A DNA stretch of 64,000 nt from an uncultured archaeon (GTDB lineage Archaea; Thermoproteota; Nitrososphaeria_A; Caldarchaeales; Calditenuaceae), in contig CALIKS010000035.1 of NCBI GenBank assembly GCA_938017985.1, forward strand, positions 7,146 through 71,145, given 5' to 3'. Every line of letters starts with the position of its first letter. Positions within the stretch are counted from its first letter, which is position 1. The position numbers were made by a program, and so were the translations under genes. The notes below the pieces were generated by a model. It saw only the letters and a program-made list of their open reading frames with translations, was not told where the DNA came from and ran no database searches. Shown piece after piece: positions 29,085 through 37,791 of the stretch.

Positions 29085-30011
29085 TTATTTCATGGATTTA
29101 AGCAGAGCAGAGTAGAGAAATGGCAGAATGATTGTTACGTCCGCATTAACAAAAACATGCTTAGCAGTACTCGATAGTTTTTTCCAAGAGACTGCCTCTC
29201 TTGGCCTAGCTCCGCTTAGGCTTCCATCGTATTCAGTCGCTGTTGAGATATAGACGGCGTATTCTAGTCCTTCTCCACTGAACTGCCCCCACCATAATGT
29301 ATGGTGCTTAGATATTCCACCACCGATTATTAATGCTCCGGAAACTTTTGCCTTCCAGAGATTATCACTCAACAATGCCTCGTCTTTCATAAGATCAAAG
29401 CAAAATCTTCGTGTCTGGCTGTTAAGCCATACGTGAAATCCAACCGCACCATCAATGATGCCTGGGACAATTACCGGAATCTTTTCTTTCCAACACCAGT
29501 AAAGAAAAGAATCTTCATTACCTATATGTTCACCCAGCATCCAGCAAAATTCATGCGTCGAGACGCGGTCAATATCTTTTATTTTTTTCATTAATTCTCT
29601 AATCTCTTTCTCGATTATCTCGCCATAGCTAGTATTCTTAATCAAGACGTTTCCAAGTCTATGTATTCCGCGACGTCGAAGCTCGTAGTCATCAATATCG
29701 AAGCTTCCAGCCTCGTAATTCGCCCTGCTTCTAGCTAGGTCGTGGTCAAGCGAGGCGCAGGTTGTTATTATTAGGTCAAAAAGATGCCTTCTAGCCATGT
29801 CTGTGAATATTCCACGCAGTCCCGTAGCCATTAAGTTGCCAGTGAATGACAGTATCTTTAGGCATTTAGGATTACTTAACATTTCAACTAGTATATCCTT
29901 CGATAATGCAAGGTTTACTCCCATGAAGCCTCCTGACTTGCGCATCATTTCGAAAATTGCATTAATATCCGTGTCTCTATTGATTTTTATATCGCATACA
30001 TGTTCGCTCAT
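29085..30011 (-). CDS. dys: Deoxyhypusine synthase (paralogue 2, 308 aa)
   Basis: SFTGNLMATGLRGIFTDM...LIITTCASLDHDL, PGIIDGAVG and GSLSGARPREAVSWKK. The length and motifs are those of archaeal DHS. Confidence 0.8.
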   Translation of the reverse strand: MSEHVCDIKINRDTDINAIFEMMRKSGGFMGVNLALSKDILVEMLSNPKCLKILSFTGNLMATGLRGIFTDMARRHLFDLIITTCASLDHDLARSRANYEAGSFDIDDYELRRRGIHRLGNVLIKNTSYGEIIEKEIRELMKKIKDIDRVSTHEFCWMLGEHIGNEDSFLYWCWKEKIPVIVPGIIDGAVGFHVWLNSQTRRFCFDLMKDEALLSDNLWKAKVSGALIIGGGISKHHTLWWGQFSGEGLEYAVYISTATEYDGSLSGARPREAVSWKKLSSTAKHVFVNADVTIILPFLYSALLKSMK

Positions 30012-30061
30012 ATCTTTTTCATTATTAATCTGTTCTTTTAGTCGATAAATACTCTATCGTA

Positions 30062-31072
30062 TTAGTAGCTCCTGACTATTTTTAGCCAATCCCTAGCTCT
30101 AACCTCTAATCCAAATCTTTCTTCACGTCTCTTCATGTAAATGATAGGAGATATAAGGAGACCGAAGTCTCGTAATAGGCTAAAATTTCCGCTAAACTTT
30201 TTCTTGATAAAGATGAATAATTTGTAGAATATATCAAAGTTTTTCAATACTTCTTCAGGATACTTTTCTAGACTGCTATTATTGATGTTTCTGGCAAGTA
30301 TTTCTGCGCATTGCATGCTTGGAATAATTCCCTCCCCTAGGATAGGATAGACTGTACCTATACATTCACCAAGCCCCGCTATATTTCCGTTTATTATAGG
30401 TGTTGATAAGTGGGGAGGAGTAATTCTAACCGGTCTACCGGTCTTCATGAGTATTTCTCCTCGATACTTCCGCAAAAAATCATTCAGATACTGTTCATGA
30501 TTCTTATAATAGTCGCCAGCACCTACATGGTATATACCATTACCTAATGGGAAAAACCATAAGTATCCAGATAATTTATTGATGGGCCGAATGTAGAAAT
30601 CATCGAATGGAGGGTCCTTATACTTGACTCTATACTCTACCGTCGAAATAAAGTAGTCCTTCATTATCTTTGGTAGAATTGATCTGCTAAATCCCGTAGC
30701 ATCCACAACGACTTCATAATTATTTTTGGGCGGGCTAATGATTTTTGAGCCATAATTCACATTGATATCTCGATGCATATCTAAGATGAATCTTAGTTTA
30801 TCAAATGTGCATAAACCTTTTAACTTGACTTCAAGCATCTCGTCCTTAACTTGGACATACATTCTCTTACCTACATGGTATACATAGTCATCAAAGTTTA
30901 GTCCTATTCTTTTAGCTAATCGTCGCAGCTCATTAATGCTAGTTCCCCACGCACATATAGGAAAAAATTTATCACGCTCCTGACGTTCAAAGACTACTAC
31001 GTCATGATTATTTTTAAGTAATTGTGCGAGATAAGATCCTGATACTCCGCCACCTATCACTGCCACATTCAT
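30062..31072 (-). CDS. FAD-dependent oxidoreductase, geranylgeranyl-reductase-like
   Basis: N-terminal Rossmann motif MNVAVIGGGVSGSYLA. The 336-aa length and pattern resemble short GGR-family proteins. Confidence 0.6.
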   Translation of the reverse strand: MNVAVIGGGVSGSYLAQLLKNNHDVVVFERQERDKFFPICAWGTSINELRRLAKRIGLNFDDYVYHVGKRMYVQVKDEMLEVKLKGLCTFDKLRFILDMHRDINVNYGSKIISPPKNNYEVVVDATGFSRSILPKIMKDYFISTVEYRVKYKDPPFDDFYIRPINKLSGYLWFFPLGNGIYHVGAGDYYKNHEQYLNDFLRKYRGEILMKTGRPVRITPPHLSTPIINGNIAGLGECIGTVYPILGEGIIPSMQCAEILARNINNSSLEKYPEEVLKNFDIFYKLFIFIKKKFSGNFSLLRDFGLLISPIIYMKRREERFGLEVRARDWLKIVRSY

Positions 31073-31125
31073 AACGCATTCTCCTATGCTTAATCAATCA
31101 TTTCCAAAATTTATTTCTAATTATG

Positions 31126-31806
31126 CTATGGCTCTATCACTGTCCCAGCTTCACCGAACAGAATGGCACGTCTAATATTCTCCACGTTTCTTCCATTCAC
31201 AAAGTATAATTTCGTTTTAGACCTCTCAAGCATGCTAAGTCCTACAGAATCTATTAATTGGTACTCGCCTGCTCGATGAGAAGTAGACCCAAGCATCCTC
31301 CATAATTCAGAATAAGTCAATCGAGGAATTAGCTTAGCATTTGGATTTGTCTTTGGGTCCGAGTCATAAACACCTTCTACGTCTGTCACGACGATCAGTC
31401 TATGTGCATTAATCGCTTGGGCGCAAAGAGAGGCGACTGCAAAAGTTGATTGTCCTGGCCAGAAGCCCCCCACGACTGCCAAGTTGCTTGATGTTAATGC
31501 TTCTCTAAGCTCAGCAATATTTTCAGGAACGCTCGGATACGCAATATTCTTAAGCGCCTCGATGAACAGCTTTGCATGTATCCTCGTAACCTGTATTGCT
31601 ATTTCATCGCATAAGGTCTCGTCGGCTCCAAGAATTCTTGCTGCTTCTATGAATTTCCTAGCACCTTTTCCACCGCCTACGACTATTACCCATTTCTCAG
31701 TAAAAGTAAAGGATTGCTTAATTATCTCAGCGATGTCTCTTATGACCTTATGGTCTAGTTCTTCTTCATGGAAGAGGTGTCCCCCTATCTTCAACACCAA
31801 AGACAT
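31126..31806 (-). CDS. pyrH: Uridylate (UMP) kinase, archaeal type
   Basis: VLKIGGHLF...VVGGGKGARKFI...TDVEGVYDSDP follows the amino-acid-kinase fold pattern of archaeal PyrH. Confidence 0.85.
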   Translation of the reverse strand: MSLVLKIGGHLFHEEELDHKVIRDIAEIIKQSFTFTEKWVIVVGGGKGARKFIEAARILGADETLCDEIAIQVTRIHAKLFIEALKNIAYPSVPENIAELREALTSSNLAVVGGFWPGQSTFAVASLCAQAINAHRLIVVTDVEGVYDSDPKTNPNAKLIPRLTYSELWRMLGSTSHRAGEYQLIDSVGLSMLERSKTKLYFVNGRNVENIRRAILFGEAGTVIEP

Positions 31807-31966
31807 ACATAATTATTAAACAAGGGAGTGAATTATAACTTAATCTAATTCGCTAATGCTGAGTCAGACTTATTAAATAGTACTAAGAAATGAATAATAG
31901 CGGCTGAAATAATGAAAACAAAGAATACTAGTCTATATAGTTGCTAGTTTTGAGGGTGACATAAGC

Positions 31967-33232
31967 ATGAAGCACGATTCTGTAACATTGTACAAATTTA
32001 AACGTATGATTGAAGAGTTAGAAAAGAAAGAAGGCCGAGGGACAGAATTAGTCAGTATCTATGTGCCTCCTGGCAGAAGAATAGATGAAGTAATTGCCTA
32101 CCTTAGGCAGGAATATGCTACGGCTTCGAACATTAAGTCAAAATCAACTCGAAAAAACGTTATGGACGCGATTGAAAGCGCTATACAACGCTTAAAACTG
32201 TTTAACGATGCTGGTGAGAACGGCTTAATCGTCTTTAGCGGAGCGATACCTCAAAATGGGCCAGGCACCGAGAAGATAGAAGTTTATCACATTATTCCGC
32301 CGATGCCTATCAATATTTTCCTGTATAGATGCGATAGCAAGTTTCATCTAGAGCCCCTTAAAAACCTTGTCAAAGAAAAAGAAATTTATGGCATATTAGT
32401 AATTGATAATGAAGAGGCCGCAGTAGCTGTCCTTAAAGGACGAGCAATAGCTGAGATACAGACATTTACGTCTGGCGTGCCGGGAAAACACCGGGCTGGT
32501 GGACAGTCAGCCCGAAGATTTGAGAGACTCAGAGACCAGGCATTAAATGATTACTATAAGAGAGTTGCAGAACATGCAAACGAGATGTTTTTAAAATATC
32601 ACGATATAAAGGCTGTAATAATTGCTGGTCCAGGACCAACGAAAGAAGTCTTCAGTAAAGGAGACCTGTTACATTATACTCTTCGAGACAAGATTCATGT
32701 TGTAGATACTTCATACTCTGGCGAAGAAGGCGTAAGGGAAGCAATAGATAAGGCGTCTGACCAGTTAAGGGAGTTAAGATTGGTAGAGGAAAGAAGATTA
32801 ATTGAAAAGATTATTTGGATGGCGTCATCTAGTGGAGGAGTCATTTATGGCGAAAAGCAGGTAAGGGAGGCACTGAGGAATAAACAACTTGCTCTACTAG
32901 TTATAAGCGAAGATCTTGATAAATATGAGGTTGAACTAAAATGTAGCTCGTGTGGATATAGCGAGAAACTCACTCTAACAAGCGAGGAGCTAGTATCGAA
33001 GCTCCCTCAAAGGCTTGCTGAGAAGTGTCCAAACTGTGGAGTGACGACGCTGAGCAAAATCTCTGAAGAATTCTTAATAGATGTATTGATTAAAGAGGCT
33101 GAGGATACTAATACACAAGTTGAACTTATTTCATCTTCTCATGAGTCCGGCGAGATGTTTAAAAAAGCCTTTATGGGTATAATTGGTATTCTTAAAGGCC
33201 ACCAACAAGCACTCCAATCAATACCTACCTAA
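31967..33232 (+). CDS. prf1: Peptide chain release factor aRF1
   Basis: NIKS (TASNIKSKSTRKN) and GGQ (HRAGGQSARRF) motifs. GGTGA Shine-Dalgarno lies 7 nt upstream of the ATG. The C-domain has a CxxC...CxxC mini-domain. Confidence 0.93.
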   Translation: MKHDSVTLYKFKRMIEELEKKEGRGTELVSIYVPPGRRIDEVIAYLRQEYATASNIKSKSTRKNVMDAIESAIQRLKLFNDAGENGLIVFSGAIPQNGPGTEKIEVYHIIPPMPINIFLYRCDSKFHLEPLKNLVKEKEIYGILVIDNEEAAVAVLKGRAIAEIQTFTSGVPGKHRAGGQSARRFERLRDQALNDYYKRVAEHANEMFLKYHDIKAVIIAGPGPTKEVFSKGDLLHYTLRDKIHVVDTSYSGEEGVREAIDKASDQLRELRLVEERRLIEKIIWMASSSGGVIYGEKQVREALRNKQLALLVISEDLDKYEVELKCSSCGYSEKLTLTSEELVSKLPQRLAEKCPNCGVTTLSKISEEFLIDVLIKEAEDTNTQVELISSSHESGEMFKKAFMGIIGILKGHQQALQSIPT

Positions 33233-33239
33233 AATCAAA

Positions 33240-33818
33240 ATGCATTTTATAGAGATGCCCAGCCACGCTCCTTATGGTCCAGCTGAGGATACTTGGCTAC
33301 TCGAAGATGCTTTGAAAAATTTGCGTCAAGTAGTCCGTTCAGTTGAAGTGGGATGTGGAACCGGCTACATCACAAAGATACTCTCAGAAAAATCGCTAGA
33401 GGTAATAGCTATCGAGAAAGATGCCCAATCTGCCTACGAAGCTGAGAAAAACCTCAAAAACAATCTATATAACATACACATCGTAGTCGCTGACGGTTTT
33501 GACCCCATCCGGACATCCGCTGAAATTGACTTAATAGTTTCTAACCCACCATACCTACCACTTGATGAGGCATTTTATGACATGGCTATACATGGTGGGC
33601 CGACTGGAGTAGAGGTTACAGAAATGATAGTTAAACAAGCCTTACCATACCTTCAGAGAAAAGGTGAACTATTCATAATCTCTTCATCTCTCGGAAATCA
33701 GAAAAAATTATTTGAAACAATTTCTTCGCTTAGACTTAAGGTAGAAATAATTTCAACTAAAAGATTCTTCTTCGAAGAGTTATCTTGCTTAAAGATCTTT
33801 TATTCACCACATGAATGA
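33240..33818 (+). CDS. HemK/Mtq2-type N5-glutamine methyltransferase
   Basis: SAM motif VEVGCGTGYI and catalytic VSNPPYLP. I prefer ATG 33240 to the track start at 33183, which overlaps aRF1. Confidence 0.75.
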   Translation: MHFIEMPSHAPYGPAEDTWLLEDALKNLRQVVRSVEVGCGTGYITKILSEKSLEVIAIEKDAQSAYEAEKNLKNNLYNIHIVVADGFDPIRTSAEIDLIVSNPPYLPLDEAFYDMAIHGGPTGVEVTEMIVKQALPYLQRKGELFIISSSLGNQKKLFETISSLRLKVEIISTKRFFFEELSCLKIFYSPHE

Positions 33819-33858
33819 AATAATACTCCATACTGGATTTATTTGATGTCACATTCGT

Positions 33859-34236
33859 CTAACGTGTTTTAAATATGAGCCACCCATTCTTAAACTTCAC
33901 AAGTACATACTCACCATTCATCTTAGAACCGTTGAATCGAAACTTCATATGGTGCTCACTCTCCTCTATTACTTCATAGGTTCCCTTATCCCATATCGTC
34001 ATTTCTCCTGCACCGTAGCCATCCTCTATTTTTCCCTCAAAGCTCAGCCACACGAGACTGTGGTTAGACTGTTTTACTCCGAACCTTTTAGTACCCACGT
34101 TGAGGGGAATCTCCTTCCTGAATGCCCAGTCCATGAGAACTCCGTCTTTTTCAAGCCTTAAGTCATAATGCAGACCAGCCCTCTTTGCCTTATGCTCATG
34201 AACTACAAATCTGTACTTTTCACGAGTCATCTTCAT
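33859..34236 (-). CDS. Stand-alone LigD-type 3'-phosphoesterase (PE) domain protein
   Basis: FVVHEHKAKRAGLHYDLRLEKDGVLMDWAFRKEIP...YGAGEMTIWDKGTY...GEYVLVKF matches the LigD PE domain pattern (FV.Q.H.A.RLHYD.RLE..GVL.SWAVPKGP...). Confidence 0.75.
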   Translation of the reverse strand: MKMTREKYRFVVHEHKAKRAGLHYDLRLEKDGVLMDWAFRKEIPLNVGTKRFGVKQSNHSLVWLSFEGKIEDGYGAGEMTIWDKGTYEVIEESEHHMKFRFNGSKMNGEYVLVKFKNGWLIFKTR

Positions 34237-34423
34237 TTAGCCAAGATGGAATTAAATGACGGCACGTTAAATGATTTATCCCTGACTTATTTAGGTACTT
34301 GGAGACTTAATGATGCTAAACTTCATGATGATTAAGAAGATAACTAAATTTTTAGCGATGTTTCTAAATCTTACTAAAATCAAAGAAAATTTTATTAACA
34401 GACAAGAATAACTGAGTAGACAG

Positions 34424-34527
34424 GGGCCCGTAGCTCAGCCTGGCTGGAGCGCTCGGCTGATAACCGAGAAACAATAGTCAGTGCTATTGTTCGGGAGAGG
34501 TCGCCGGTTCGAATCCGGCCGGGCCCA
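34424..34527 (+). tRNA. tRNA-Ile (anticodon GAU) with a ~29-nt non-canonical intron 3' of the anticodon stem
   Basis: Hand fold: acceptor GGGCCCG/CGGGCCC, D-arm GCTC-AGCCTGGCTG-GAGC, anticodon arm CTCGG-CTGATAA-CCGAG, insert 34469-34497 (contains hairpin AACAATAG-TCAGTG-CTATTGTT), variable AGGTC, T-arm GCCGG-TTCGAAT-CCGGC, discriminator A. No encoded CCA. Confidence 0.85.
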
Positions 34528-34579
34528 CAGCTCATTGAAAATATATTTAAAAGCCTCTTTGTTCGTGGTTTATATCGCT

Positions 34580-35725
34580 ATGTCTCGTCCTTCTATGAGT
34601 GTTAGGGCCGCTGTTCTGCGGCAGGCGGGACTGCCGAGGCCTTATACAGATTCTAAGCCCCTTAGCGTTGAGTATGTTAATCTTGAGAGGCCTGGTCCCG
34701 GTGAAGCGCTTGTTAAGATTGTTTCGGCTGGGCTGTGCCATTCTGACTTGGCGGCAATTGAGGGTGTTAGGCGTTTTCCTCTTCCTGTCGTTCTCGGCCA
34801 TGAGGCTGCTGGTATCGTTAGCGAGGTGGGTGAGGGAGTCACTTCTGCGAAGGTGGGCGACCATGTGGTCTTGTCATTCGTGGCATCCTGTGGAAGATGT
34901 ATATATTGTCAGTCAGGCAGACCCGCTCTCTGTGACCCGGGAAGACAGGCGAATAGAAATGCAACGTTGATTAATGGAGCTAAGAAATTCTCAAAAAATG
35001 GAATAGTCATTGGGCATCACTTAGGAGTCAGTGCATTCTCTGAATATACTGTAGTTTCAGAGAAATCACTCATACAGCTGCCCAGAGAGCTGCCTTTGGA
35101 GAAAGCAGCGTTGTTTGGATGCGCAGTAACGACTGGGTTCGGAGCAGTTATGAATACTGCTCGCGTAAGGCCAGGCTCGTCAGTAGCGGTATTTGGGTGT
35201 GGAGGAGTTGGACTTAACATAATTCAGGCATCTAGAATAGCTGGAGCAGCTACGATAATTGCTGTGGATGTCCTTGACGATAAGTTGGAGCTTGCAAGCA
35301 GGCTTGGAGCCACGCACATAGTTAATTCAAAGAAGAGCGACCCAGTCGATGAGGTTAAAAAAATTACTGGCGGGCTCGGTGTTGATTATGCTTTTGAAGC
35401 AGTTGGAATTACGGGAGTGATGGAGCAGGCCTTCAGGAGCACAAAGAAGCAAGGCCTAACAGTCTGTTTGGGCATGACGTCGCCCGAGTCCAGAATCGTT
35501 ATTCCATCCACTCTTTTGATTGATGAGGAGCGTCAGTTGGTAGGCTCTTTTATGGGGTCCGCCGTGCCCGTTAGGGATATACCAACACTGGTTAATCTAT
35601 ATCTTCAAGGAAGAATAAACCTAGACTATATAATTTCAAGATACATCTCGCTTGACGATATTAATGAGGCCGTAGAAAAACTGGCGACAGGTGAGGCGGT
35701 GCGTCAAATTATAAAATTTAAATGA
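34580..35725 (+). CDS. Zinc-dependent alcohol dehydrogenase (class III-like MDR)
   Basis: GLCHSDL, GHEAAGIV, the structural-Zn loop CGRCIYCQSG and NAD motif GCGGVG. I prefer the start at ATG 34580, since the track start at 34481 lies inside the tRNA. Confidence 0.88.
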   Translation: MSRPSMSVRAAVLRQAGLPRPYTDSKPLSVEYVNLERPGPGEALVKIVSAGLCHSDLAAIEGVRRFPLPVVLGHEAAGIVSEVGEGVTSAKVGDHVVLSFVASCGRCIYCQSGRPALCDPGRQANRNATLINGAKKFSKNGIVIGHHLGVSAFSEYTVVSEKSLIQLPRELPLEKAALFGCAVTTGFGAVMNTARVRPGSSVAVFGCGGVGLNIIQASRIAGAATIIAVDVLDDKLELASRLGATHIVNSKKSDPVDEVKKITGGLGVDYAFEAVGITGVMEQAFRSTKKQGLTVCLGMTSPESRIVIPSTLLIDEERQLVGSFMGSAVPVRDIPTLVNLYLQGRINLDYIISRYISLDDINEAVEKLATGEAVRQIIKFK

Positions 35726-35743
35726 CTTCTAGTAGATTAAGAA

Positions 35744-36823
35744 TTGCTCTTTATAATCTATACGACCGGTAGATGCAACCTATCATGTAGCTACTGTGGC
35801 GGTAGTTTTCCTCCTAAAGTTGTGTCTTGGCGAGTAAGATATAATCTCCAATCACTTCGCCGTTTAATTACTGACGACGACGTCGTGGCCTTTTATGGTG
35901 GAGAGCCCCTACTCAACGTGAATTTCATAAAAAAGGTGATAGATGCTTTGGGTAATCATAATAGATATGTCTTACAGACTAATGGAATTCTTCTTGATAA
36001 AGTCCCACCAGAGATACTCCATGCATTCGATACGATTCTTGTCTCTATTGATGGAGTTGAGTGGATCACCGATAAGTATAGGGGACGAGGTGTCTATGAA
36101 CGCGTCGTAAAAAATGTGCGTAAGATTCTCTCAATGGGTTATAGTGGCGACATAGTTGCTCGGATGACTATCAATGAAGATTCAGACATTTATAGAGATG
36201 TTCGACACCTCATAGATCTCGGAATTTTCAGCCATGTACACTGGCAGCTCAACCTAGTCTGGACTGAGAGAAATTCATGGAAGGATCTTTCATGCTGTAT
36301 TAACAATAATTATGCTCCAGGACTCCGCTCCCTATTGGAAGAATGGATAAGTGAGTTAAAAACTGGAAATGTACTGGGCATAGCTCCGTTCCAGGGTGTC
36401 GTTAAAAGACTTCTCGGAATTGATAATCAAGCCCCACCATGCGGATCTGGTGTAGATTCCTTTACAATTCTCCCTGATGGTAGAATTATTAGTTGTCCAA
36501 TAGCCGTCTCAGAGAAATGGGCGAGGATAGGTCTAATAGGAGAAATAGAGAGGTCGGAGCTACAGCATACATATGTTAAGATTGACGAGCCATGCGTCAG
36601 TTGTAGCTATTACCAAGTCTGTGGCGGCAGATGTCTCTACACGCATATCGAGAGACTATGGGGCGAGGAAGGATTCAGAACTATATGTACTACCTCTAAA
36701 CTATTAATCAACCTCATTACTGAAAGAATATCAGATATAAAGAATATGATAAGTAATGGCATTGTTTCTCTAGACGATGTTATCTACCCCAAATATAATA
36801 ACACGGTAGAGATTATTCCATAA
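35744..36823 (+). CDS. Radical SAM enzyme with C-terminal SPASM domain
   Basis: CNLSCSYC (CxxxCxxC) at residues 11-18 and C-terminal Cys clusters (PPCGSG...SCPIA...CVSCSYYQVCGGRCLY). It resembles the archaeal AF0577-type putative peptide-modifying family (from memory). TTG start. Confidence 0.75.
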   Translation: MLFIIYTTGRCNLSCSYCGGSFPPKVVSWRVRYNLQSLRRLITDDDVVAFYGGEPLLNVNFIKKVIDALGNHNRYVLQTNGILLDKVPPEILHAFDTILVSIDGVEWITDKYRGRGVYERVVKNVRKILSMGYSGDIVARMTINEDSDIYRDVRHLIDLGIFSHVHWQLNLVWTERNSWKDLSCCINNNYAPGLRSLLEEWISELKTGNVLGIAPFQGVVKRLLGIDNQAPPCGSGVDSFTILPDGRIISCPIAVSEKWARIGLIGEIERSELQHTYVKIDEPCVSCSYYQVCGGRCLYTHIERLWGEEGFRTICTTSKLLINLITERISDIKNMISNGIVSLDDVIYPKYNNTVEIIP

Positions 36824-36848
36824 TATCTGTTGAGGATTAGAATTAGAG

Positions 36849-37748
36849 ATGCACGGAGATCCGAAACGATACAACGCTTGGCGTCCCAGACTTATAGGAA
36901 TATCCGCGCTCCTTATGACTTCAATAATGTGGGGCTCATCATTCCCTGCGATAAAATTTACAGTATCAATCATTGACGAAGCAACATATACTTGGATGAG
37001 AGGAGCTATATCGCTTTTAGGACTTTTCCCTTATTTCGTTCATCAATTATCAAAAAATAAAATTAAGAAAAGAGAAATTTTAGGAGGCTTAGCTGCTGGG
37101 GTATCGTTCATTCTAGGGATTTGGCTTCAGGGCTGGGGAACCAAATTCACGACCGCGTCCAACTCTGCTTTCATTACCGGACTATTCATCGTCTTCGTCC
37201 ACATCTATGATGCGTCTGTAAACAAGAATTATTCTCCGAGAACCGTAGCATCACTCATAGCAGCTGTTGCGGGAATATACTTCTTGACAAAGCCGAGTGG
37301 AGGAGTAGGTATTGGTGAGATGCTTGTTCTTATTGGTGCGGTGTTTTGGGCCGCTCAAGTATTGATAGTTGATAAGTTCAGCGACACTAATCCTATAATA
37401 TTTACGTTCTATGAAGTTATACCCTCAGTATTCTTTATCCCAATAAGCCTAATGAATAAGAACTTTTCGATAAGTAATACATTAAACGTTTTGCCAGCCA
37501 TTATTTATCTCGGATTGGTGTCTACCAACATAGCTTTTATTTTACAGGTTTATGGACAGAGGTGGCTCGGTCCATTTGAGTCCTCATTAATCATGCTCTT
37601 TGAGCCAATATTCGCAGCAATTTTTGCTGCAATCCTATTAGGAGAAAGATTTACTCTTACTTGGTTATTAGGCTCAATGCTCATACTGATTGGAATGTTT
37701 GTAGCAATTTCGAGGGCAAAGCTAAAAATAAATAAAAGTTCTAATTAA
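36849..37748 (+). CDS. EamA/DMT-superfamily transporter
   Basis: 299 aa, ~10 TM, with the two-EamA-repeat architecture. Confidence 0.75.
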   Translation: MHGDPKRYNAWRPRLIGISALLMTSIMWGSSFPAIKFTVSIIDEATYTWMRGAISLLGLFPYFVHQLSKNKIKKREILGGLAAGVSFILGIWLQGWGTKFTTASNSAFITGLFIVFVHIYDASVNKNYSPRTVASLIAAVAGIYFLTKPSGGVGIGEMLVLIGAVFWAAQVLIVDKFSDTNPIIFTFYEVIPSVFFIPISLMNKNFSISNTLNVLPAIIYLGLVSTNIAFILQVYGQRWLGPFESSLIMLFEPIFAAIFAAILLGERFTLTWLLGSMLILIGMFVAISRAKLKINKSSN

Positions 37749-37791
37749 CAAAAATTTTATAATCAATGCTAGATATATATAATTCAGCAGA

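Noticed and set aside
31967-33232. Zinc-ribbon-like CxxC...CxxC insert in the aRF1 C-terminal domain as a novel fusion
   Set aside because: As far as I recall, many archaeal aRF1 proteins carry such a Cys mini-domain at this position, and the overall length (421 aa) is normal.
34309-34378. Possible C/D-box sRNA upstream of the tRNA (AATGATGC ... ATGATGA ... CTAA ... GATG ... CTAA)
   Set aside because: C-box-like elements are present, but both would-be D/D' boxes read CTAA rather than CTGA. The spacing between the first two boxes (8 nt) is too short for a guide, and there is no terminal stem. A similar weak ATGATGG element at ~18087 was rejected for the same reasons.
34481-34579. Upstream extension of the alcohol dehydrogenase ORF (track start 34481)
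   Set aside because: The extension lies inside the tRNA-Ile gene and its 3' flank. The conserved MDR N-terminus begins at ATG 34580.
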